From assembly GCA_018304635.1 (NCBI GenBank), contig JAGVVW010000002.1, positions 1 to 56,175 of the forward strand: 56,175 nt of DNA, given 5' to 3'. Of this stretch, positions 17,840-28,558 are shown one piece after another. Made by a program: the position numbers and the translations under genes. Under the pieces are notes generated by a model. It ran no database searches. It saw only the letters and a program-made list of their open reading frames with translations, and was not told where the DNA came from. Numbering within the stretch: the first letter of the stretch is position 1; every line of letters begins with the position of its first letter. This stretch comes from Candidatus Aenigmatarchaeota archaeon (GTDB lineage Archaea > Aenigmatarchaeota > Aenigmatarchaeia > GW2011-AR5 > JACRMX01).

Positions 17840-18498
17840 CAATCCATCAACCCAATTACATACCGTGGATTGGATTTTTCAATAAAATAAAAATGTCAGA
17901 CACCTTAATTATCCTTGATACGGTTGATTATAGTAAAAATAGTGTTCATAACAGGAATAAAATAAGGACACCAAAAAGCTGGATGTATTTGACCATACCC
18001 ATACCCAAGATTTATCACAGAAAACCCCTTTACGATGTCAGAATAGAAGATAATAAATGGATGTCCAAACACTGGAAAAGCATCTTGACAAATTACTCAA
18101 ACGCCGAACACTTCAAAAAGTACAAAGATTTTTTTGAAAACCTTTATAGTATGAAACATGAAAGCCTTGTTGAATTGAATGAAAAAATAATACATTATAT
18201 ATGCCAGGAACTTGGATTGAAACCCAGGATAATTAAATCTAGTGATATTGGAGTTGACCAAAATCTGAAAAAAACAGAGATGCTATTGAATATATTGAGA
18301 AAGGTCAATGCAACTACATACATATCCGGATCAGGCGGTAAGAAATATATTGACACGGATACATTCAAAAACATAAAACTCGAATTTCAGGATTTTACCC
18401 ATCCAGTATATAAACAATGTTTTGAAGGATTTATTCCAAACATGTCAATAATAGATATGCTTTTTAATAATGGCAAGGAATCATCAAAAATTATCTAG
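17824..18498 (+). CDS. WbqC-like protein
   Basis: IHQPNYIPWIGFFNKI, NRNKI, YISGSGGKKY, SIIDMLFN. Confidence 0.9.
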   Translation: MDNKVTIHQPNYIPWIGFFNKIKMSDTLIILDTVDYSKNSVHNRNKIRTPKSWMYLTIPIPKIYHRKPLYDVRIEDNKWMSKHWKSILTNYSNAEHFKKYKDFFENLYSMKHESLVELNEKIIHYICQELGLKPRIIKSSDIGVDQNLKKTEMLLNILRKVNATTYISGSGGKKYIDTDTFKNIKLEFQDFTHPVYKQCFEGFIPNMSIIDMLFNNGKESSKII

Positions 18499-18506
18499 GT
18501 GACTAT

Positions 18507-19601
18507 ATGAAAATTGTATCAGTTATTGGAGCCAGACCGAATTTTGTAAAAATCATACCAATAATTAATGAATCACGAAAACGTGGCCATGAACATATCT
18601 TAGTTCACACAGGACAACATTATGATTTTAGAATGAGCCAGATATTTTTTCAAGAACTGAAACTACCAAAACCAGATTATAATCTTAATATAAAAGCCAA
18701 CCATAAACACGGTGAGCAAACTGCTGAAATTTTGAAAAAAACAGAAAATGTTTTGGAGAAAGAAAAACCTGATGTGGTCATTGTTGTTGGTGATACCAAC
18801 AGTAGTCTTGGCGGTGCTCTGGCTGCAAAAAAATTAAACATTAAGGTGGTTCATGTTGAAGCAGGACTCAGAGCATATGACTTATCAATACCTGAAGAAG
18901 TTAACAGAATATTAATAGATGTGTGTAGTGATTTTCTTTTTTGTCCTACAGACACAGCTGTAAAAAATCTTAAGAATAGTAAAGATATAACTGGAAAATT
19001 TTGGAATGTTGGAAACATTTCAATCGACACCCTAATCCAAAACAAAAACCTAATACCTGAATGGCCTGAAAAAGGATATTGTATTTTTACAACACACCGA
19101 CCTGTTAACGTAGATAGACCAAAACGTCTTGAATTATTAATAGAAATTATAAACAGTGTGTCAGAAATGATTAAAATTATATTTCCAATTCATCCGCGAA
19201 CGAAAAAAATGATGCAAAAATATAAACTTATAAGCAAAATTAAAAAAAATGTAAAAGTCATAGAACCTTTGGGTTATTTGGACTTTCATAGTCTCCTTAA
19301 TAATTCATCAATTGTTATTACAGACAGCGGAGGAATAATAGCAGAAGCATGTTATAGAGGCATACCATGTTTAATAATGCCACAAAGCCTAAAAAAAACA
19401 AATTACAATTTAACTGAATGGACTGAAACACTCGGAAGAAACAGCATTTTCATTGGTCTTGACCAAAAAATAGCAGTTGAAAATGTTAAAAACTTTTTGA
19501 GACAAACTAATAATGGAGAAAGGAAACTTAAAAATCCTTATCCTGGATGGAATGGTAATTCAAGTAAAAAAATTTTTGATATTTTGGAAGGTGAATTATG
19601 A
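18507..19601 (+). CDS. wecB: Non-hydrolysing UDP-sugar 2-epimerase (WecB/WbpI-like)
   Basis: GARPNFVK, HTGQHYD, GDTNS, HVEAGLR, PEEVNR, TDSGG. Confidence 0.9.
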   Translation: MKIVSVIGARPNFVKIIPIINESRKRGHEHILVHTGQHYDFRMSQIFFQELKLPKPDYNLNIKANHKHGEQTAEILKKTENVLEKEKPDVVIVVGDTNSSLGGALAAKKLNIKVVHVEAGLRAYDLSIPEEVNRILIDVCSDFLFCPTDTAVKNLKNSKDITGKFWNVGNISIDTLIQNKNLIPEWPEKGYCIFTTHRPVNVDRPKRLELLIEIINSVSEMIKIIFPIHPRTKKMMQKYKLISKIKKNVKVIEPLGYLDFHSLLNNSSIVITDSGGIIAEACYRGIPCLIMPQSLKKTNYNLTEWTETLGRNSIFIGLDQKIAVENVKNFLRQTNNGERKLKNPYPGWNGNSSKKIFDILEGEL

Positions 19602-21010
19602 TTGATTGTGCTTTAGTTTATCCAACACCAAGCTTAGATAGTCCTGCAAAGGGACCAGCTCTCAGCATCTTTTATCCGGGTGTTGTTTTAGAAAAATCAG
19701 GATTTGAAGTTGAGTATTCTGACGAGCGATTTGACAATAGACAGCATACTGAAAAATTGATAAAGAATAGTCTTGTTATCGGTGTATCCAGTATGACAGG
19801 ATTCCAACTCGGTGAAGCTCAACGAATACTTAAAACAGCAAAAGAGATAAACCCGAATATTATAACACTTCTGGGCGGCGTTCATCCATCAATGCTTCCC
19901 GACCAGTGTATTAGAGAGAGTTTCATCGATGTTGTCTGCGTTGGTGAAGGAGAAAGAACATTGTTGGAATTTATGAAGTGTATTAAAAAGAAAAAGAGTC
20001 TGAAAAATGTAAAAGGAATATTATGGAAGAATAATGGAAATATTATAAAAAATGAAAAAAGAGAATTGGTTGATATAAATAAAATACCATGGCCCGTCAC
20101 AAAAAAAAACAGGCATTATTTTAAAATAGCAGCAGACGCCAGTCAAATACGTTTGCTCTCAAGCAGGGGTTGCCCTCATAAATGTAGGTTTTGTTATAAT
20201 CAGATATTCAATAGAAGTACATGGAGACCGATGAACATCAAAAAACTGGAAAATGAACTGGATGCATATATCAGTGAATTCAAAATAAAAAAAATAATAC
20301 TGGGTGATGACAATATCGGACCTGTCAAAGAAAGAATCAAGAAAATATGCGGCTTAATGGAAGAACGGGGAATAACATGGCACACAGGAATACGTTGTGA
20401 ATACATAACAGATGAAATAGCCCAGACTCTTGATAAGAGTGGCTGCAGTAGCTTATTCTTTGGAGTTGAAAGTGGATCAAATAGAATATTAAATGAAATT
20501 ATAGGTAAAGGATATCCAGGTGGTGTAGAAAACATCAAGAACTGCGCTAGAATAATGAGCAAAACAAACATCACTGGAATGTATAGTTTCATGTGCGGTC
20601 TTCCTACAGAAACTATAAAAGAACTCATAATGAGTATGGAACTCGCAGACTGGATAAAGGAAACTGATAAAAATGCCAGAATAAGCTTTTATGTTTATGC
20701 TCCTTATCCAGGAACATCTTTATATAAAGAAGCAATTGAACAGGGATTTCAGGAACCATGTACAATTGACGAATGGACAAGAATTACACTTAGCAGCGAA
20801 CGTAACCCTAAAATGGAAAATTTATATTACATATCTGGTCTGAATTTCAGAAAGGATAAAACCGGACAAAATTTTCCAGGTTTGAAAAGATTTAGCATAA
20901 AACCATTTGAACTATCAGCATCATTGAGATGGAAAACCAGAATAACAGGATTTTACTGGGAAAAAAGAATTATAAAATATCTTCTTGCAAAAGCCTCAAA
21001 AGGCGATTAA
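19598..21010 (+). CDS. Cobalamin-binding radical SAM protein
   Basis: N-terminal B12 domain (GVSSMTG, LGGVHPS, GEGE), then SRGCPHKCRFC, FGVESGS, GLPTET, PYPGT. Confidence 0.9.
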   Translation: MIDCALVYPTPSLDSPAKGPALSIFYPGVVLEKSGFEVEYSDERFDNRQHTEKLIKNSLVIGVSSMTGFQLGEAQRILKTAKEINPNIITLLGGVHPSMLPDQCIRESFIDVVCVGEGERTLLEFMKCIKKKKSLKNVKGILWKNNGNIIKNEKRELVDINKIPWPVTKKNRHYFKIAADASQIRLLSSRGCPHKCRFCYNQIFNRSTWRPMNIKKLENELDAYISEFKIKKIILGDDNIGPVKERIKKICGLMEERGITWHTGIRCEYITDEIAQTLDKSGCSSLFFGVESGSNRILNEIIGKGYPGGVENIKNCARIMSKTNITGMYSFMCGLPTETIKELIMSMELADWIKETDKNARISFYVYAPYPGTSLYKEAIEQGFQEPCTIDEWTRITLSSERNPKMENLYYISGLNFRKDKTGQNFPGLKRFSIKPFELSASLRWKTRITGFYWEKRIIKYLLAKASKGD

Positions 21011-21011
21011 A

Positions 21012-22613
21012 ATGACTGGAAAGTGTAAATACAAAAATATAGATAATAAAGCCGTGAGATGGACAAAAGAATTCTCCTGGAAAAAAATAATAGACGGAAA
21101 AAACCTGGTTGAATTTTTAGAATACGAAAACACATCTCTCTGGTGGTCTATTGATATATACAATCTCACAACAAATATAATACGAGCAGTAGAATCTGAT
21201 AGAATAGATGAAATTATAGACAAAAAAAAATATTCCAAAAAAATAAAACCACTGAAACAGTGCAAAAGAAAGTTGAGAAGAGAAATTTCAAAATATATGA
21301 ACATATGTCAGAAAGAAAAGGTAACAAACCGTGAAAAAATTATTTTATTGTCAAACAATTCATTCTGGAGAAGCATAATTACAGAAAACGGCATGAAAAA
21401 ACACGACATCGCCTTTCATTATCTTATAGATAAAATTCAGGAGTATGATATCATAGGCCTGGATTTTGACACAACACGATCAATACCGATTGGAAATCTT
21501 ATAGAGAAAATCAGGGATAAAAAAATATTCTGGAAACTGGAAGAAGGCTACGTAGATAAAGACATAGAACAAAAAACAAACATATGGGAAAATATTCTTA
21601 AAGAAAGATGGAACAGACTGAGTGAAAACATGCATGCAAGAAATTCATTTACATATAATCAGATAAATATTTGGGATTTTATAAAAGGAAGATTGGAATA
21701 TATTTTTCTGATAAAGTTGCCAGAAGCTGTCAGAAACATAGAAATAATGAAAAGAATATTAGAAGAGGAAAATCCTAAAGCTGTCATTCTGAGTTATGAA
21801 ACCGGATCCATTGGAAGGGCAGCTTGTTACGCTTCGAAAATTAAAAAAATAAAGTCCATAGCGCTTCAGCATGGAGAATTGGGCATGTCTGATTATTACC
21901 ATACAAAAAATGAAATATCAGGTAAACTTTCGTGTCCAATACCCGATAAAACATGTGTTTATGGAAGTCTCTATAAAAAAATCTTGTTAAACTGTCTCTA
22001 TCCAAAAAATAAAATAAGCGTGGTGGGAAAACTCCAGTTAGATGCCTTTAAAAATTTACATTCAGACAGAAAACTGTTATGTAAAAAAATGAATCTGGAC
22101 CAGATGAAAAAAATTATCGTTTTTGCGTCTCAGCCACTTAATAAGAATCTGAATAACAAGATTGTGTTCGGAGTTATAAATGCAGTAAATAAAATAAAAT
22201 ATGCTGAACTCGTAATAAAAATTCATCCCGGTGAAAATCAGAATTTCTATGACAACATTATTAAAAACAATTCAAAAAACATATCTCTGGCAAAAGACAT
22301 TGATATACTTGGAATATTATGTCTGTCTGATATTTTAATAACAAAACATTCAACAGTAGCTATAGAAGCTGCTGCACTTGGAAAACCTGTTATAATATTT
22401 AACCCGTCAGGAGAACCTGACCCCATCAGTTATGTAAAGGATGGAATTGCTTTAGGAGCTTACAACGAACTTGAACTGAAAAAAAAACTAACAGATTTAC
22501 TGTATAACAAGAAAATTTCAAACTCATTTGAAAAACAGAGAAATGAAGCAATTAAAAAATATATTTATAAAAATGATGGAAAAACTGCTGAACGCATAGC
22601 TAAATTAATTTAA
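21012..22613 (+). CDS. GT-B-fold surface-carbohydrate transferase (CDP-glycerol glycerophosphotransferase / capsule-synthesis-like), candidate nonulosonate transferase
   Basis: IALQHG, IVFASQP, IKIHP, STVAIEAAALGKP, DGKTAERI. Directly upstream of neuA-like gene. Confidence 0.6.
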   Translation: MTGKCKYKNIDNKAVRWTKEFSWKKIIDGKNLVEFLEYENTSLWWSIDIYNLTTNIIRAVESDRIDEIIDKKKYSKKIKPLKQCKRKLRREISKYMNICQKEKVTNREKIILLSNNSFWRSIITENGMKKHDIAFHYLIDKIQEYDIIGLDFDTTRSIPIGNLIEKIRDKKIFWKLEEGYVDKDIEQKTNIWENILKERWNRLSENMHARNSFTYNQINIWDFIKGRLEYIFLIKLPEAVRNIEIMKRILEEENPKAVILSYETGSIGRAACYASKIKKIKSIALQHGELGMSDYYHTKNEISGKLSCPIPDKTCVYGSLYKKILLNCLYPKNKISVVGKLQLDAFKNLHSDRKLLCKKMNLDQMKKIIVFASQPLNKNLNNKIVFGVINAVNKIKYAELVIKIHPGENQNFYDNIIKNNSKNISLAKDIDILGILCLSDILITKHSTVAIEAAALGKPVIIFNPSGEPDPISYVKDGIALGAYNELELKKKLTDLLYNKKISNSFEKQRNEAIKKYIYKNDGKTAERIAKLI

Positions 22614-22662
22614 GCTATATTTATATTTTTAATTCATTTTTATTTTACATGGGGTGATAAAA

Positions 22663-23358
22663 ATGAATAAACCAATAATTCTGGGCATAATACCAGCACG
22701 TGGCGGATCAAAAGGCGTTATTAGAAAAAACCTGAAGCTGTTGGCAGGCAAACCACTTATAACGTATACAATAGAAGCTGCAAAAAAATCCCGGCTTTTG
22801 GACAGGTTTGTTGTTTCAACAGAAGACAAGGAAATTGCGGAAGTATCAAGAATGAATGGCGTAGAAGTTATTAACCGCCCCGTGGAATTAGCATCAGATC
22901 ATACACCGACAGAACCTGTTTTGCAGCATGTTGTAAAAGAATTAGAAAAAAAAGGATTCAAAACGGATATTATAGTAACTCTCCAGCCAACCTCTCCATT
23001 ACGAAAACCAGAAGATATTGATATGGTAATAGAATATCTGATTAAGTCAGATTCTGATTCTGTGATTACTATCAGTAATGTTGATTATCACCCGTGGTGG
23101 ATGAGAAAACTAGAAGGAGATAAAATTCTGCCGTTTATTAAACTGGAAAATGAACCAAAAAGACGCCAGGACCTGCCAAAAGTCTACAAAGAAAATGGTG
23201 CTGTTTTTGTAACAAAAAGAGATGTTCTCATGAATCAAAACAGTATATACGGAAACAATGTAAAAGGAATTATAATGGATGAAATAAGATCAATAGATAT
23301 TGATACAGAAAAGGACTTCATAATAGCTGAAACTATTTTAAAGAAGGGATTGGTTTGA
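22663..23358 (+). CDS. neuA: CMP-nonulosonic acid synthetase (NeuA/LegF family)
   Basis: IIPARGGSKGV.RKN, LQPTSPLR, RRQDLP, ENGA, SIDIDT. Confidence 0.93.
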   Translation: MNKPIILGIIPARGGSKGVIRKNLKLLAGKPLITYTIEAAKKSRLLDRFVVSTEDKEIAEVSRMNGVEVINRPVELASDHTPTEPVLQHVVKELEKKGFKTDIIVTLQPTSPLRKPEDIDMVIEYLIKSDSDSVITISNVDYHPWWMRKLEGDKILPFIKLENEPKRRQDLPKVYKENGAVFVTKRDVLMNQNSIYGNNVKGIIMDEIRSIDIDTEKDFIIAETILKKGLV

Positions 23359-24389
23359 AAATAGGTAACAGATACTTAGGAGAAAATAAATCGGTTTTTA
23401 TTGTAGCTGAAGCTGGCGACAATCACAATGGTGATATAGAAATCGCAAAAAAATTAATAGAAGAAGCTCATAGAATAGGCGCAGACGCAATAAAATTTCA
23501 GACATGGAAGACAGAAAGAATAATGACAAAAAAATCTCCAGCAGCTGCTTACCAGAAGAATTTTGCAAAGAATCAATTTGAAATGGCAAAAAAACTGGAG
23601 TTAAGAGAAGATACATTCAGAGAATTGGCAAAATTTACAAAGAAAAAAGGTATTATTTTTCTTTCTACGCCGTTTGATGAAGAAAGCGTGGATTTTTTGG
23701 ATAGTCTGGTTCCTGCTTTCAAAATAGCATCTTCTGAAGTCACAAACACACCACTTTTAGAACACATCGCTAATAAGAAAAAACCAATAATACTTTCAAC
23801 CGGAATGAGCACCATGGAAGAAATTAGAGATGCAGTAGATATTATAAAAACCAGAACAACTGACATTATATTACTTCACTGTATTTCAAGCTATCCAACA
23901 AAAATATCAGATGTCAATATGAGAGTACTGAATACACTCAGGGAAAAATTCAATCTAAATATTGGATATTCAGACCACACAATAGGTATAGAGCCTGTTC
24001 TGATAGCGGTGTCACTTGGCGCAGTGTTAATAGAAAAACACTTTACTTTGGATAAAAATATGCAGGGCCCCGACCACAAGCTTTCATCAGACCCGGATGA
24101 ATTCAGAAAAATGATTGAACTTATAAGAAGAACGGAAAAAATTCTGGGATCTCCGGAAAAAAGAATCATTAATTCAGAAAAAGAAATAAGAAAGATAACC
24201 GGAAGAAGTATAGTAGCAAAAAAACCAATATCCAAAGGAACGGAAATAAGTATAGAAATAATTGATCTTAAAAGACCTTCAGGAGGACTAACAGCAAAAG
24301 ACTTAGAAAATGTATTGGGAAAAATAGCGCTGAAAAATATTGAGCAGGATGAAATAATTACATTTAAAAAATTAGGTGAGAAAAAATGA
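23355..24389 (+). CDS. neuB: Nonulosonic acid synthase (NeuB/LegI family) with C-terminal SAF domain
   Basis: AEAGDNHNG, AIKFQ, STPFD, LHCISSYP, GYSDHT, EKHFTLD, GPDH. Confidence 0.93.
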   Translation: MKIGNRYLGENKSVFIVAEAGDNHNGDIEIAKKLIEEAHRIGADAIKFQTWKTERIMTKKSPAAAYQKNFAKNQFEMAKKLELREDTFRELAKFTKKKGIIFLSTPFDEESVDFLDSLVPAFKIASSEVTNTPLLEHIANKKKPIILSTGMSTMEEIRDAVDIIKTRTTDIILLHCISSYPTKISDVNMRVLNTLREKFNLNIGYSDHTIGIEPVLIAVSLGAVLIEKHFTLDKNMQGPDHKLSSDPDEFRKMIELIRRTEKILGSPEKRIINSEKEIRKITGRSIVAKKPISKGTEISIEIIDLKRPSGGLTAKDLENVLGKIALKNIEQDEIITFKKLGEKK

Positions 24390-25537
24390 GAAAAATAGCA
24401 GCCATAACAGGAACAAGAGCTGAATACGGTGTAATGAAAGACCTGTTTCAAAAATTAAACAACGACCCTGATATTGATTTTAAAATTATTATTACAGGAC
24501 AGCATTTGTTGTCTGAATTCGGAAATACTTTCAAAGAAGTTCAGAAAGATTTTCCAAATAATTATAAAGTAAAAAGTCATAGTGAAGAAGACAGCAGGAC
24601 ATCAATGGCTGTAGCACTTGGAAAATGTATAACTGGAATGGTAGGATGCTTTAAAAAAATAGACCCTGAATTTGTTCTGGTCACTGGAGACAGAGGAGAA
24701 GCTCTTGCAGCTGCAATAGCAGCTTCACATATGAATATACCTGTTGCTCATCTGACAGGCGGTGATATAACATCTGGTGGAACTATTGACAATTCCATAA
24801 GAATTGCTATAACCAGTTTTTCACATATTCATTTTCCTCCTACAAAAAAAAGCAGGGAAAATCTGATAAAAATCGGGGAAAGTCCATCAAGAATATTCCA
24901 CTTCGGAAATCCCGGACTTAATAAAAATTCAAATACTGAAGAAGAAATAAGGAAAAAATTCGGACTTGAAAAAAATGAAAGAGTTATTATTGTAATACAA
25001 CATCCTTTAACAACAGAAGCGGATAAATCTGAATATCAGATGAGAGAAACAATGGAAGCAATAAAGGAAATCAATAAGAAAACAATTATATTATATCCAA
25101 ATTCTGACTATGGAAATAGTTCTATTACAAAGGTAATAAAAGAATTTCAAGGATTTCCATTAATTGGAATAGAAAAAAATTTATCAAGAGAATATTTCTT
25201 CAGCCTGTTGAGTATAAGTAGTGTAATGGTAGGAAACTCAAGTGCAGCTCTGGTTGAATCACCAATATTCGGTATTCCTGTAGTAGACATAGGGATAAGG
25301 CAAAAAAACAGGGAAAAATCATTCAATGTAATAAACGTTCCGCATGATAGAAATGAAATAAAAAAAGCAATAGAAAGGTGCTTGTTTGATAAAAAGTTTA
25401 AAGAAAAGTGTAAAAAAGCAAGAAGTCCATATCAGGGTATAGATGTTGAAGATAAAATTATTAAGGTTCTTAAGAGAATAAGATTAGACAGAACTACTAT
25501 AAACAAAACAGAAGAAATAAAGGATGTCATGATATGA
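24386..25537 (+). CDS. neuC: Hydrolysing NDP-sugar 2-epimerase (NeuC/LegG family)
   Basis: TGTRAEYG, GDRGE, GTIDNSIR, QHP, YPNSD, GNSS, IGIRQ..RE. Confidence 0.92.
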   Translation: MRKIAAITGTRAEYGVMKDLFQKLNNDPDIDFKIIITGQHLLSEFGNTFKEVQKDFPNNYKVKSHSEEDSRTSMAVALGKCITGMVGCFKKIDPEFVLVTGDRGEALAAAIAASHMNIPVAHLTGGDITSGGTIDNSIRIAITSFSHIHFPPTKKSRENLIKIGESPSRIFHFGNPGLNKNSNTEEEIRKKFGLEKNERVIIVIQHPLTTEADKSEYQMRETMEAIKEINKKTIILYPNSDYGNSSITKVIKEFQGFPLIGIEKNLSREYFFSLLSISSVMVGNSSAALVESPIFGIPVVDIGIRQKNREKSFNVINVPHDRNEIKKAIERCLFDKKFKEKCKKARSPYQGIDVEDKIIKVLKRIRLDRTTINKTEEIKDVMI

Positions 25538-27123
25538 GTAAAATACTGCTTATTGACCCACCAACTACCAGATCTCTGGACTTTGGATCGGATAAATTAA
25601 GAGTAGGTGCTGTACCGCCTCTGGGACTGGCATATATAGCTGCTGTGCTGGAACAGAAGAAGCATGAAGTGAAAATTTTGGATTGCACTGCTGAAGGCAT
25701 TTTAGACGGTGAAAAAAAAATTGGAAATAAACTCAGATATGGTCTGTCTGATGAGGAAATTAAAAAATTTATTTCTAAATTCAATCCAGATGTTGCAGGT
25801 ATATCTTGCTTATTTTCTAATAAGCATTTTGATACACAAAATGTCGCAAGGATTGTAAAGGAAGTTAGCAAAGATATAGTAACAATAGCTGGAGGAATGC
25901 ACCCGACAGTAGCACCTGAAATGACACTCGAAGATGGCTATGTCGACATTGTGGTTTTAGGTGAAGGTGAATATACTTTCAGGAATTTAGTTAATGCTTT
26001 AAAGAAAAAAAAGGACATTTCAAGAGTTGATGGGATTGCATTCAAAAGAAATGAAAAAATTATAAAGATACCTAAAAAAACTTATATAGAAAATTTAGAT
26101 GAACTGCCGCTGCCTGCAAGACATTTATTGAAAATGGATATTTATTCAAAAATAGCATCTCCTCACAGCGGATTAAAAAGAACGCCATTTACATCAATGA
26201 TTACATCCAGAGGATGTCCAATAGGCTGTACTTTTTGCTCTCTGAGAGAATGTTGGGGAAATAGATTTAGACCGAGATCTCCAGACAAGGTTTTGGAAGA
26301 AATCGAAATACTAATCAGAGACTATGAAATAAAGGAAATACATTTTGAAGATGATAATCTCACACTTGATAGAAAAAGAGCTGAAAAAATATTTGATGGA
26401 ATAATTAGAAGAAACCTGGATATAACATGGAATGTGCCAAGCGGACTTTCAGTATTTGCACTTGATGGAAATCTATTGGAAAAAATGAAAGAGAGCGGCT
26501 GTTATGAAATATCAATTGCAATAGAATCAGGAGATCAGTGGGTTTTGAATACCCTGATGCGAAAACCAGTTGATTTAACCAAAGTTAAGCCTATTGTAGA
26601 TAAAGGAAGAAGCTTAGGATTCAAGGTTAAAGGCTTCTTTATCATAGGACTTCCAGGAGAAACCAAAGAGCATATAGAAAGAACTGTAAAATTTGCAGCA
26701 GAAACAGGACTTGACTGGGCTCATTTTTTTATAGCAACACCCCATCTGGGAACTGACTTATACAGACTATGTAAGGAAAAGGGATATATAGGTAAGTTGG
26801 ATATGGAAAAAAGTTTTTTCAGAGGAATCATAACAACACCGGAATTCAATCCAGAATATCTAGAAAAAGTAAAAGAAAGAGCTAATTATGATATTAATTT
26901 CAGGAATAATGTAAATATGAAAGAAGGAAAATATGACAGAGCAATAGAGCATTTCAAAAGTGTTGTAGATTTGTATCCCAAACTGACTTTTGCACGCTTT
27001 TTCCTGGCAGAAGCATATTTTAAAAAAGGAGATAAAAAGAATGCAATAAAAGAATTTGAAAAGGTTGTTGAACTTGATCCTCAAAATAAAGAAGCTCAGG
27101 AACGAATAAAAGAACTAAGGTAA
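25534..27123 (+). CDS. Cobalamin-binding radical SAM protein with C-terminal TPR
   Basis: PPLGLAYIAA, GGMHPT, GEGE, TSRGCPIGCTFC, FEDDN, FIIGLPGET. TPR-like YDRAIEHF...AIKEFEKVVELDP. Confidence 0.92.
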   Translation: MSKILLIDPPTTRSLDFGSDKLRVGAVPPLGLAYIAAVLEQKKHEVKILDCTAEGILDGEKKIGNKLRYGLSDEEIKKFISKFNPDVAGISCLFSNKHFDTQNVARIVKEVSKDIVTIAGGMHPTVAPEMTLEDGYVDIVVLGEGEYTFRNLVNALKKKKDISRVDGIAFKRNEKIIKIPKKTYIENLDELPLPARHLLKMDIYSKIASPHSGLKRTPFTSMITSRGCPIGCTFCSLRECWGNRFRPRSPDKVLEEIEILIRDYEIKEIHFEDDNLTLDRKRAEKIFDGIIRRNLDITWNVPSGLSVFALDGNLLEKMKESGCYEISIAIESGDQWVLNTLMRKPVDLTKVKPIVDKGRSLGFKVKGFFIIGLPGETKEHIERTVKFAAETGLDWAHFFIATPHLGTDLYRLCKEKGYIGKLDMEKSFFRGIITTPEFNPEYLEKVKERANYDINFRNNVNMKEGKYDRAIEHFKSVVDLYPKLTFARFFLAEAYFKKGDKKNAIKEFEKVVELDPQNKEAQERIKELR

Positions 27124-27127
27124 TCTA

Positions 27128-28528
27128 ATGCATAACAACATTGTCGCGGTATATCAGAATAAAAATCTCGATTATTGTTTTAATGATCCATTTAATCCGG
27201 ATAAATATTATCCAGAACTAAAAATAAACAAATTTGACAAAACATATGCAGCTGTTAGGAACTTATTTCATCTGCTAAAACTGGATAACAAAAATTTCGG
27301 AACAAGAACATGGAACCCGTTTGGAAAATTTATAAAACCTGGATATAAAGTAGTTATAAAACCCAACCTTCTTTATCACTACCATCCTCATGGAGATTCA
27401 TTTGTACTAGTAAACATAGTTCATGCATCTATTATAAGACATATAATAGATTATTGCCTTACAGCAATGAAAGGCGACGGAGAAATAATTATAGCAGAAT
27501 CACCAGTAAGACAGGCTAATTTTGAAAAAATAATAGAAATATCAGGAATTAACAACCTTGCTGCCTTTTATAGAGACACGGGAATAAAAATACCCATAAT
27601 GGACCTTAGAAAGAGCAAAATCGTGAGAAATTATGACAAGGTGACATTTGCAAAAACAGTGAAGCTTAAAGGCGACCCTCTTGGTTATAAGAAAATACAG
27701 ATCGAAAACAGTGAAATATCACCTCTTATTAAGCAAAAATCATGTTTCAGGAATTCAATGACAGGAAAACCCAGAGAACCATTATCATATAAAATTCCAA
27801 AAACTATACTGACATCAGATTTTATAGTAAACATATCAAAAATGAAAACTCATTTAATGACAGGAAACACATTATGCATAAAAAATGTTGTTGGTATGTT
27901 CGCGGAAAAAGAAAATCTTCCGCATTATATCAGTGGATATGACGAACACCCTAAACCAAAAACAACCAGACATAAAATAAAACTATTATACACAAAAAAA
28001 ACATTCAAACTTATTAAAACCTTTTATTTTGCTGAAAAAATTAAACCCGTAAAATCTTTTGTGAAGAGGTTATCAGATGGTGAAGAAAATTTATGGGGAA
28101 ATTGGCATGGAAATGACACCACGTGGAGAATGGTTCTTGACCTGAACAAAATAATTTTTTATTATGACAAGGAAGGAAATGTAAATGAAAAGCCCGTAAG
28201 AACAAATCTAAATATAATTGATGCTATACTTGCAGGAGAAGGACAGGGCCCTATGAGATCATCACCAAAAAAATGTGGTATGATCATTGCAGGTTTTAAT
28301 CCGTTATCTGTAGATATTACCGGAACCAGAATTATGGGATTTGATTATAAAAAAATTCCATTAATTAAAAAATCTCATGAAAAGGAAATTTTTGGCAAAC
28401 CGCCAAAAAAAATTATAATAAGGAGCAATATTAAAAAATGGTCCAGACTTTTTGATCTGGATAAGAAATATTTGTTGAACTTTAGACCTCCAAAAAGCTG
28501 GCAAGGCAAGATAGAAATCAGAGACTGA
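27128..28528 (+). CDS. DUF362 domain protein
   Basis: KVVIKPNL, IIIAES, IVNISKMKTH..TG.TLCIKN, IIDAILAGEGQGP. Confidence 0.8.
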   Translation: MHNNIVAVYQNKNLDYCFNDPFNPDKYYPELKINKFDKTYAAVRNLFHLLKLDNKNFGTRTWNPFGKFIKPGYKVVIKPNLLYHYHPHGDSFVLVNIVHASIIRHIIDYCLTAMKGDGEIIIAESPVRQANFEKIIEISGINNLAAFYRDTGIKIPIMDLRKSKIVRNYDKVTFAKTVKLKGDPLGYKKIQIENSEISPLIKQKSCFRNSMTGKPREPLSYKIPKTILTSDFIVNISKMKTHLMTGNTLCIKNVVGMFAEKENLPHYISGYDEHPKPKTTRHKIKLLYTKKTFKLIKTFYFAEKIKPVKSFVKRLSDGEENLWGNWHGNDTTWRMVLDLNKIIFYYDKEGNVNEKPVRTNLNIIDAILAGEGQGPMRSSPKKCGMIIAGFNPLSVDITGTRIMGFDYKKIPLIKKSHEKEIFGKPPKKIIIRSNIKKWSRLFDLDKKYLLNFRPPKSWQGKIEIRD

Positions 28529-28558
28529 TTTTAAATAGATTTTACAGATATAGTTTTC

